Below are positions 1 to 5,544 of a stretch of 7,352 bases of DNA, piece after piece. A program made the translations under genes and the position numbers. The stretch comes from a virus. Its lineage: Duplodnaviria; Heunggongvirae; Uroviricota; Caudoviricetes. Position 1 is the first letter of the stretch; every line of letters starts with the position of its first letter. Below the pieces are notes generated by a model. That model saw nothing but the letters and a program-made list of their open reading frames with translations. It was not told the origin of the DNA and searched no databases. Where the stretch lies: the IMG/VR virus record IMGVR_UViG_2563366829_000008. One strand, 5' to 3'.

Positions 1-176
1 CCGGTATCCCGCTCATGCTGGCGAACCCAGACACGCAGAGTCTCCGGCGTACAGCCAATCTTTGGAGCAATGGAACAAATTGTCGCCCATTGTGAGTCAT
101 ATTCGCTCTGACTTTCCAGAACCATACGGACTGCCCGTTGACGGACTTCGGGGGAAAAACGAGTATTTTTAGTCAT
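1..176 (-). CDS. IS3-family transposase OrfA, N-terminal part (partial; 3' end outside window)
   Basis: Minus-strand ATG at 176..174 preceded by AAGAGG; translation is [59 protein letters not shown], an HTH-containing OrfA N-terminus typical of IS3-family (IS629-like) transposases. Not in the ORF track because it is truncated by the window edge. Confidence 0.8.
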   Translation of the reverse strand, partial: MTKNTRFSPEVRQRAVRMVLESQSEYDSQWATICSIAPKIGCTPETLRVWVRQHERDT

Positions 177-230
177 CCTGTTTACCTCTTTCTCAGGAAG
201 TTTAGTCTCCAGGATTCCCGGGGCGGTTCA
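1..230 (-). mobile_element. Partial IS3-family insertion sequence (IS629/IS1203-like), left end; terminus at 230, element continues beyond window start
   Basis: Minus-strand read from 230 begins TGAACCGCCCCGGGAATCCTGGAGACTAAACTTCCTGAGAAAGAGGTAAACAGG ATG, matching my recollection of the IS629 left inverted repeat and leader (IS3-family 5'-TG terminus). It is followed by the orfA start. Identity to a specific IS is recalled, not searched. Confidence 0.8.
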
Positions 231-258
231 AACACACCAAATGCATCGGAGTTGATTC

Positions 259-684
259 ATGAAAATCAGGCATGAGCACATCCGCATGGCGATGAATGCC
301 TGGGCGCATCCGGACGGTGAAAAAGTTCCGGCAGCTGAAATAACCCGGGCTTATTTTGAGCTTGGTATGACGTTCCCGGAATTATATGACGACAGCCATC
401 CGGAAGCCCTGGCTCGCAATACCCAGAAAATTTTCCGCTGGGTGGAGAAAGACACTCCTGATGCGGTTAAAAAAATTCAGGCGTTGTTACCAGCGATCGA
501 AAAAGCAATGCCGCCTCTGCTGGTGGCCCGAATGCGCAGCCACAGTTCAGCTTATTTTCGGGAGCTGGTGGAGACGCGGGAACGACTGGTGAGAGACGCT
601 GATGATTTTGTCGCAGTGGCGATCGCTGGTTTCAACCAGATGAATCGTGGTGGCCCTGCAGGAAATATTGTGGCTGTGCATTGA
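259..684 (+). CDS. ydaT: YdaT-like protein (PF06254 family; reported functional analogue of lambda CII in Rac-type prophages)
   Basis: 141-aa ORF with GGAG 7 nt upstream of the ATG. N-terminus MKIRHEHI and C-terminal ...VH, length and position immediately before the replication initiator gene match my recollection of YdaT proteins. Family assignment is from memory. Confidence 0.65.
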   Translation: MKIRHEHIRMAMNAWAHPDGEKVPAAEITRAYFELGMTFPELYDDSHPEALARNTQKIFRWVEKDTPDAVKKIQALLPAIEKAMPPLLVARMRSHSSAYFRELVETRERLVRDADDFVAVAIAGFNQMNRGGPAGNIVAVH

Positions 685-755
685 CTCGCAATATTCATAC
701 CGGATCACTTCCGGCAATTTGTGAGTAAAAAGATTCGGTATCAGAAGAGGTGAGT

Positions 756-1796
756 ATGGCTAACGCCTGGCTCAGATTATGGCATGACATGCCAAATGAC
801 CCTAAGTGGCGAACAATTGCCAGGGTGTCAGGGCAGCCAATTGCAACAGTGATGGCAGTGTATATCCACCTTCTGGTGAGCGCGTCACGAAATGTCACGA
901 CATGTCACGGCGTGTCACTACGTGGTCACATTGATGTCACGACGGAAGATTTAGCAAGTGCGCTTGATGTGACGGAAGAAGTAATTGATTCAATTTTACA
1001 GGCAATGCAGGGGCGGGTACTTGATGGAGATTTAATCACCGGATGGGAAAAACGCCAGGTACTGAAAGAGGACAATGGCAACGTTTCACAAACCGCGAAA
1101 TCCCCGGCAGAGCGCAAGAGAGCGCAGCGCGAGAGGGAAAAATTACGAAAACAGAATGAGGGGTGTCACGACGAGTCACGCATATGTCACGACATGTCAC
1201 GACGAGTCACGACAGATAAAGATACAGATAAAGAATTAAACCCCACACATAACGCGCACGTGCGCGAGAGTGCTCCGACCAGTGAGTCGAGTGGTACGCC
1301 GTTGCAGGCAGCAGAACCTGCATCCCTGGATGGACTGAGCGAACCCATCGGGAAATTTCCGATGGTCGATGACTGGCATCCGTCGCCGGATTTTCGACGA
1401 CGGGCTGCGTTGTGGGGGATGGCTTTGCCGGAGCCGGAATTTACACCTGCTGAACTTGCCGCTTTCCGGGACTACTGGGCAGCGGAGGGGAAAGTTTTCA
1501 CGCAGGTTCAGTGGGAGCAGAAATTCGCCCGTCACGTAAATCACGTCAGGGCGCAGGTTAAGCCAGTCAGCAAGGGGGTAAACCATGCAGCAGCACCAGG
1601 TGGCACCGCATCACGGGCAGTTCAGGAAATTCGGGCAGCACGTGAGCAGTGGGAACGTGAAAACGGATTTATCAGCGACGGAAACGGTCTGGAAGCTGTG
1701 GGAACTCATGGGGGAGGTTTATTCGAACCGCTGGACCCAGAAGAACGGGGCCGCACCTTCGAAGCTCTGGATTGCACAGATTGGCGCGATGACTGA
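756..1796 (+). CDS. Phage replication initiator (O-like) with DnaT-like C-terminal ssDNA-binding domain; 3' end uncertain (overlaps next gene)
   Basis: ATG at 756 preceded by AGAAGAGG (the track's 750 start is a GTG two codons upstream). The C-terminal region GKFPMVDDWHPSPDFRRRAALWGMALPEPEFTPAELAAFRDYWAAEGKVFTQVQWEQKFARHV closely parallels the E. coli DnaT C-terminal region ([29 protein letters not shown]...[20 protein letters not shown], recalled). The coding sequence contains two iteron clusters, as with ori-lambda inside O. Confidence 0.75.
   Translation: MANAWLRLWHDMPNDPKWRTIARVSGQPIATVMAVYIHLLVSASRNVTTCHGVSLRGHIDVTTEDLASALDVTEEVIDSILQAMQGRVLDGDLITGWEKRQVLKEDNGNVSQTAKSPAERKRAQREREKLRKQNEGCHDESRICHDMSRRVTTDKDTDKELNPTHNAHVRESAPTSESSGTPLQAAEPASLDGLSEPIGKFPMVDDWHPSPDFRRRAALWGMALPEPEFTPAELAAFRDYWAAEGKVFTQVQWEQKFARHVNHVRAQVKPVSKGVNHAAAPGGTASRAVQEIRAAREQWERENGFISDGNGLEAVGTHGGGLFEPLDPEERGRTFEALDCTDWRDD
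884..942 (+). repeat. Iteron cluster 1: six GTCAC(G/A/T) core repeats at about 10-11 bp spacing
   Basis: GTCAC cores start at 884, 894, 904, 914, 925 and 936 (spacings 10, 10, 10, 11, 11), i.e. one per helical turn, embedded in the initiator ORF (encodes ...SASRNVTTCHGVSLRGHIDVTT...). Confidence 0.75.
1165..1240 (+). repeat. Iteron cluster 2 (five GTCACG repeats) plus adjacent AT-rich stretch; candidate phage origin of replication core
   Basis: GTCAC cores start at 1165, 1175, 1186, 1196 and 1206 (spacings 10, 11, 10, 10), immediately followed by AT-rich gacagataaagatacagataaagaattaaa (1211..1240). This is the lambda-ori layout of iterons then an AT-rich unwinding region inside the O gene. 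Confidence 0.7.
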
Positions 1797-2250
1797 GCAG
1801 CAAATCCGACAGGTCTGCCGCCAGTGCATGGACCGCTGCCGGGCGGGTGAAACATGGCCTCCGGACCTGGCTGAGTTTGTGGCGCTGATTTCAGAAAGCG
1901 GGGCCAATCCATTTGGCCTGACGGTGGATGCTGTGATGGAGGAGTACCGCCGCTGGCGTGATGAGTCCTGGCGATATGACGGAAGCGACAAATATCCGTG
2001 GCCTCAGCCTGTGCTGTACCACATCTGCCTCGAAATGCGTACCAGAGGGATTGAGCGCCAGATGACGCAGGGTGAGTTAAAACGACTTGCGGAACGGCAA
2101 CTGACGAAATGGGCAAAGCATGTTGGTAACGGGATGAGTGTTCCGCCAGTGCGACGACAACTGGAAGGGGCGAAACACCCGCAAGGGCCAACGCCAATTG
2201 AACGGCTGAAACAGGAATACGAACGCCGGAAGGCAGCTGGTTTTATTTGA
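1585..2250 (+). CDS. Lambda P-like replication protein (DnaB helicase loader)
   Basis: 221-aa ORF; ATG 1585 preceded by AAGGGGG at 7 nt. Blocks such as PPDLAEFVALI and YPWPQPVLYHICLEMRTRGIERQMTQGELKRLAERQL parallel lambda P (PGQFVAWC... and YPWKSNAHYWLVTNLYQNMRANALTDAELRRKAADEL, recalled). The first 212 nt overlap the upstream ORF out of frame, so the true start could be later (e.g. ATG 1708). Confidence 0.75.
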   Translation: MQQHQVAPHHGQFRKFGQHVSSGNVKTDLSATETVWKLWELMGEVYSNRWTQKNGAAPSKLWIAQIGAMTEQQIRQVCRQCMDRCRAGETWPPDLAEFVALISESGANPFGLTVDAVMEEYRRWRDESWRYDGSDKYPWPQPVLYHICLEMRTRGIERQMTQGELKRLAERQLTKWAKHVGNGMSVPPVRRQLEGAKHPQGPTPIERLKQEYERRKAAGFI

Positions 2251-2283
2251 ATCTGAGAAACGATTTTGTCGGAGGAAATTTTA

Positions 2284-3054
2284 ATGGAAACCGTATTTGA
2301 CGCACTGAAAGCAATGGGAAAAGCCACATCGGTAGAACTGGCCGCGCGACTTGATATCAGTCGTGAAGAGGTTCTCAACGAGCTGTGGGAACTCAAAAGA
2401 AAAGGCGTCGTTGATAAAACTGGTCACACCTGGTTTCTGGCTGGCGAAGGTGAATCCCGGGTAACCGAAGAGCGGCCAGTAAAATCTGAAGCACAGGATA
2501 TGCTGACCGGGGAGGTCGAACAAAAAGTTACCGCAGACATGATGATTGAGTTTATCGGTCAGGATGGGGCTAAAACGTGTGAGGAACTGGCGGGTAAGTT
2601 CGGTGTCAGTACTCGCAAGGTTGCTTCCACGCTGGCGGTGGTAACCGCAACGGGGCGGCTGGCACGCGTTAATCAGAACGGTAAATTTCGTTACTGCATG
2701 CCGGGCGATAATTTACCAGCAGAGCCGAAAGCCGCGCTGGTAACGGAAAGTGATGGTAAGGCCTTTCCTCAGCCAGCAGGTGCTGCGTTACCAGTCCGGG
2801 AAGCCGCAACACAGGAAGAAATTAAAACAGAAACTGTGGCGGACATTGTGCAGCCGTTGCCATCGTTTACCGAAACGCAAGCAGATGAGCTGATTTTTCC
2901 GTCCCTTCGCAGGGCAAACCTGGCGCTGCGCAGGGCGAAAAGTGATGTTCAGAAGTGGGAGCGAGTCTGCGCCGCGCTGCGGGAGCTGAACAAGCACCGG
3001 GATATTGTTCGACAGATTACTGATTCTTCCCGCCGTGTTGTATCGGAAAAGTGA
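2284..3054 (+). CDS. Hypothetical phage protein with two tandem winged-helix-like DNA-binding regions
   Basis: ATG 2284 with GGAGG 8 nt upstream (the track's 2266 start is TTG). Two similar segments ([28 protein letters not shown]... and [33 protein letters not shown]...) look like repeated HTH/winged-helix units. No confident family assignment. Confidence 0.65.
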   Translation: METVFDALKAMGKATSVELAARLDISREEVLNELWELKRKGVVDKTGHTWFLAGEGESRVTEERPVKSEAQDMLTGEVEQKVTADMMIEFIGQDGAKTCEELAGKFGVSTRKVASTLAVVTATGRLARVNQNGKFRYCMPGDNLPAEPKAALVTESDGKAFPQPAGAALPVREAATQEEIKTETVADIVQPLPSFTETQADELIFPSLRRANLALRRAKSDVQKWERVCAALRELNKHRDIVRQITDSSRRVVSEK

Positions 3055-3069
3055 TTGCCGGAGGCGCTT

Positions 3070-3495
3070 ATGGCAAAAGTATTTACACAAGAAGAGCGGG
3101 AAAAAATTAAAGGGCAGGTTGTTGAACTTGTACGTCTGAGCGGTCGCGAGACGTTGCGGCAACTGGAAGCCAAGACAGGTGCGACAAGATATCTGATGAG
3201 TGTTCTCGCCAGAGAGCTGGTTGCCAGTGGCGATGTATACAACTCTGGTTACGGGTTATTCCCGTCTGAACAGGCGCGTAAGGACTGGCAAAATGCTCGC
3301 AAAAAACTCTCAAGGGCAAAGGTGAAGAAACCTGCAGTGGTTGATCCGGACCTTATCTGGTCGTTACCAGACGGCGAAATACGCCGCTACGACAGGCGCC
3401 TGAATATAATCTGTCGCGAGTGCCGGAAGAGCGAAGCTATGCAGCGTGTACTGGCATTTTATCAAGGAAATGTTAGGTATTTTAGACGTTACTAG
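3070..3495 (+). CDS. Hypothetical phage protein (nin-region-like small basic protein)
   Basis: ATG 3070 with GGAGG 5 nt upstream, 16 nt after the preceding stop (operon-like packing). 141 aa, basic C-terminal half; no motif recognised. Confidence 0.6.
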   Translation: MAKVFTQEEREKIKGQVVELVRLSGRETLRQLEAKTGATRYLMSVLARELVASGDVYNSGYGLFPSEQARKDWQNARKKLSRAKVKKPAVVDPDLIWSLPDGEIRRYDRRLNIICRECRKSEAMQRVLAFYQGNVRYFRRY

Positions 3496-3648
3496 ATTAA
3501 AGAGCATTAGTTCAGATGTGAATTGACATTTTCATGGCGCAGGGTAGAGCCAGCGTGGTTGTCCGCTTTGCGTCAAAACCAGATATTACCAGATTTAGAC
3601 ATATATTCCCGATAGCCCTGCTCTGATGCTACACTCTGTGCTATTTTC

Positions 3649-4335
3649 ATGACCCCAATAAAAATATTTATGACTATTGCTGATTTCAAACGGCCTAAAT
3701 TGGAGCTCCCAAACGGGGCAAACAAACTACTACTGCACTCTTGCTGTGCTCCATGTTCCGGTGAAGTGATGGAGGCGCTTCAGGCCTCGGGAATCGACTA
3801 CACCATCTTTTTCTACAACCCGAACATTCATCCTCAGAAAGAGTATTTAATTCGTAAGGATGAAAATATTCGCTTTGCTGAACAACACGGCGTGCCGTTT
3901 ATCGATGCTGATTACGACACCGACAACTGGTTTGAACGTGCCAAAGGAATGGAATGGGAGCCTGAGAGGGGGATCCGTTGTACCATGTGTTTTGACATGC
4001 GTTTTGAGCGGACAGCGTTGTACGCTGCTGAAAATGGTTTCAGTGTGATCAGCAGTTCACTGGGCATTTCACGCTGGAAAAATATGCAGCAGGTTAACGA
4101 GTGTGGGCGGCGAGCTGTTGCGCATTATCCGGGTATGGTGTACTGGGATTATAACTGGCGCAAGCAGGGCGGCTCGTCCCGTATGATTGAAATCAGCAAG
4201 CGCGAAAAATTCTATCAGCAGGAATATTGTGGCTGTGTGTATTCTCTGCGCGATACCAATCTACACCGCAAATCTCAGGGACGCCCTCTTATCAAAATTG
4301 GCCAACTCCACTACGGAAAAGAAGAGAAGGAGTGA
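3649..4335 (+). CDS. queH: Epoxyqueuosine reductase QueH (DUF208 family)
   Basis: Contains the motifs I recall as QueH/DUF208 hallmarks: [37 protein letters not shown] and YCGCVYS (conserved Cys cluster). Start uncertain: ATG 3649 or ATG 3670, neither with a strong SD. Confidence 0.85.
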   Translation: MTPIKIFMTIADFKRPKLELPNGANKLLLHSCCAPCSGEVMEALQASGIDYTIFFYNPNIHPQKEYLIRKDENIRFAEQHGVPFIDADYDTDNWFERAKGMEWEPERGIRCTMCFDMRFERTALYAAENGFSVISSSLGISRWKNMQQVNECGRRAVAHYPGMVYWDYNWRKQGGSSRMIEISKREKFYQQEYCGCVYSLRDTNLHRKSQGRPLIKIGQLHYGKEEKE

Positions 4336-4367
4336 TTTTATGGATCACCTTTCTGATTGATTTCATA

Positions 4368-4396
4368 TTGGCGAGGTGACGTGAGTTAAGTAGAAT
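4368..4396 (+). promoter_or_regulatory. Candidate sigma70 promoter of the hok/mok mRNA (TTGGCG-N17-TAGAAT)
   Basis: -35 TTGGCG at 4368..4373, 17-nt spacer, -10 TAGAAT at 4391..4396. The predicted start near 4403 coincides with the 5' element (4401..4414) that is complementary to the mRNA 3' end (4778..4792), as expected for hok-family transcripts. Confidence 0.45.
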
Positions 4397-4449
4397 GGCT
4401 GCGGGTGCTTGAGGCTATCTGTCTCAGGCATGAACACTGAAAGGCAGAT

Positions 4450-4524
4450 AGAGAAAAGCCCCAGTTAACATTTCGCGTCCTGCAAGACGCTTAACATTAA
4501 TCTGAGGCCCAATCTATGTCTCAC
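4450..4524 (-). ncRNA. sok: Candidate Sok-like antisense RNA covering the mok SD and start codon (inferred)
   Basis: Inferred from hok/sok architecture. Minus-strand promoter-like TTGCCT-N17-TAACCT (plus coordinates 4559..4531) would start transcription near 4524. The antisense transcript spans the mok RBS (GAGG 4504..4507) and ATG 4516, contains the hairpin GCGTCTTGCAGGACGC, and ends in CTGGGGCTTTTCTCT. The -10 is weak; boundaries approximate. Confidence 0.3.
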
Positions 4525-4728
4525 AAATGTAGGTTAGCCTCTTACGTGCCGAAAGGCAAGGGGAAGCAGGCTATGAAGCAGCAAAAGGCGATGTTAATCG
4601 CCCTGATCGTCATCTGTTTAACCGTCATTGTGACGGCACTGGTAACGAGGAAAGACCTCTGCGAGGTACGAATCCGAACCGGCCAGACGGAGGTCGCTGT
4701 CTTCACAGCTTACGAACCTGAGGAGTAA
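4516..4728 (+). CDS. mok: Mok-like reading frame (N-terminally extended, in frame with hok; translational coupling element)
   Basis: 70-aa ORF; ATG 4516 with GAGG 8 nt upstream. It is in frame with hok and has a 19-aa basic extension (MSHKCRLASYVPKGKGKQA), the same layout as E. coli MokC (69 aa with HokC at its C-terminus, recalled). Confidence 0.55.
   Translation: MSHKCRLASYVPKGKGKQAMKQQKAMLIALIVICLTVIVTALVTRKDLCEVRIRTGQTEVAVFTAYEPEE
4573..4728 (+). CDS. hok: Hok/Gef-family type I toxin (HokD/RelF-like small membrane peptide)
   Basis: 51-aa product MKQQKAMLIALIVICLTVIVTALVTRKDLCEVRIRTGQTEVAVFTAYEPEE: a single TM helix plus the conserved CE.R..G..EVA.F.AYE motif of Hok family toxins. As far as I recall it is essentially identical to E. 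coli HokD (RelF). Confidence 0.85.
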   Translation: MKQQKAMLIALIVICLTVIVTALVTRKDLCEVRIRTGQTEVAVFTAYEPEE

Positions 4729-4797
4729 GAGACCCGGCGGGGGAGTAATCTCCCGCCACCTCTGATGTGCCAGGCATCCTCAACGCACCCGCACTTA

Positions 4798-4817
4798 ACC
4801 CGCTTCGGCGGGTTTTT
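4798..4817 (+). terminator. Rho-independent terminator after hok (ACCCGC-TTCG-GCGGGT followed by TTTTT)
   Basis: 6-bp GC-rich stem 4798..4803 / 4808..4813 with a TTCG tetraloop and a 5-T run; sits downstream of the hok stop after the fbi-like element. Confidence 0.75.
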
Positions 4818-4829
4818 GCATTAGTCTGG

Positions 4830-4858
4830 TTGACAAAAATAGAAAAATGCGAAAATAT
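4830..4858 (+). promoter_or_regulatory. Candidate promoter for the two-gene cassette (perfect -35 TTGACA; -10 ambiguous in an A-rich stretch)
   Basis: TTGACA at 4830..4835. Downstream, tgcGAAAATATG (4848..4859) offers a TG-extended GAAAAT or AAATAT -10 at 15-17 nt spacing. Lies between the hok terminator and the ATG at 4894. Confidence 0.35.
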
Positions 4859-4893
4859 GTGGTTTACGAATTCTAAAAAAAGCGAAACTTGAA

Positions 4894-5544
4894 ATGAATG
4901 AAAATCAGTTAGCTCCTTGTTGGGAATTTCAACCTTATCTTGCTGAAAACTATGTTCGCCACTTGTTGGCGGAGATCGCTAACGTACTTGAGCAGCTGTA
5001 CTATCATAAGCACGCATTAGACAGCAACTGGTCTGAAGGTGTAAGGGCTTATGATTGGGTCAGAAATCATCTTATTCAAAATGAAGATGCAATTCCTGGC
5101 CTTGAGATGATTTCCAAGGGGTTGGACTATGTAGTTGCTTTAAATAAAGTTCCGCTACAATTTACCAAAGATTGCATTAATAACCCCAAAAAGAAACATC
5201 GTCTGCGTCGAAATAAAGTAGAGTATGAGCAGCTCTCATTGTTTGGTGATGTTGAGGCTGAGCAAGATATTACATGGCGAGTCATAGCTGAGCCTTTTTT
5301 ATCCGAAGAGGGCGATGGTGAATTAGAGTCCACACTGCCTCGTTGGGAGGTAGCTCTTGTTGGATTTAATACTTATGGTGCTCAGATTAGTATAGTTTCT
5401 CATCAATCTACAGCATCGATGCCGCTTATGCCTCTTGATTATAACACACTCCCTGACGAAGCGGAGATTAATAAGGTGCCTCTTCGTCGGCGTACGAAGG
5501 ATAAAGATTTGGATGTGAGCAGTGATGGAACATCAGGTGAATAA
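4894..5544 (+). CDS. Hypothetical protein, 216 aa, no recognisable domain; first gene of AT-rich cassette (candidate toxin/effector partner)
   Basis: Long ORF in visibly AT-richer DNA than the flanking phage genes. Its stop (5542..5544) lies 20 nt inside the next gene, indicating translational coupling. Acidic C-terminal third; no catalytic motif recognised by eye. Confidence 0.75.
   Translation: MNENQLAPCWEFQPYLAENYVRHLLAEIANVLEQLYYHKHALDSNWSEGVRAYDWVRNHLIQNEDAIPGLEMISKGLDYVVALNKVPLQFTKDCINNPKKKHRLRRNKVEYEQLSLFGDVEAEQDITWRVIAEPFLSEEGDGELESTLPRWEVALVGFNTYGAQISIVSHQSTASMPLMPLDYNTLPDEAEINKVPLRRRTKDKDLDVSSDGTSGE

Noticed and set aside
386-592. + strand ORF (68 aa) nested inside the ydaT-like gene in another frame
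   Set aside because: Alternative-frame ORF within a gene whose primary frame has the recognisable family signature; no independent RBS evidence.
700-714. Short inverted repeat CCGGA-tcact-TCCGG between ydaT and the initiator gene
   Set aside because: Only 5 bp of stem and no following T-run; too weak to call a terminator or operator without further evidence.
695-1586. Minus-strand ORFs 695..898, 926..1117 and 1236..1586
   Set aside because: Antisense to the initiator gene. The + strand frame carries the DnaT-like similarity and the iteron-encoded segments, so these are most likely chance open frames.
1706-2396. Minus-strand ORFs 1706..2197 (163 aa), 1719..1991 (90 aa) and 2004..2396 (130 aa)
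   Set aside because: Entirely antisense to the P-like gene, which has clear homology-like signal on the + strand. Translations are Ser/Arg/Pro-rich and low-complexity, typical of spurious antisense frames in GC-richer coding DNA.
2788-3319. Minus-strand ORFs 2788..3162, 2949..3242 and 3107..3319
   Set aside because: Overlap + strand genes that have good RBS-start geometry and operon-like packing; the antisense translations are Cys/Arg/Ser-rich with no motif.
3524-3552. TTGACA hexamer upstream of queH as a possible promoter
   Set aside because: No acceptable -10 hexamer at 16-18 nt spacing (the best is GAGCCA); an alternative TACACT at 3630..3635 lacks a -35. The queH promoter is left uncalled.
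3860-4048. + strand 62-aa ORF inside queH
   Set aside because: Out-of-frame ORF nested within queH, whose main frame contains all the conserved Cys motifs.
4734-4757. GC-rich imperfect hairpin (CCGGCGGGGGAG-taat-CTCCCGCC) just after the hok stop
   Set aside because: Not followed by a U-run, so not called a terminator. It is probably part of the structured 3' region of the hok mRNA rather than an independent feature.
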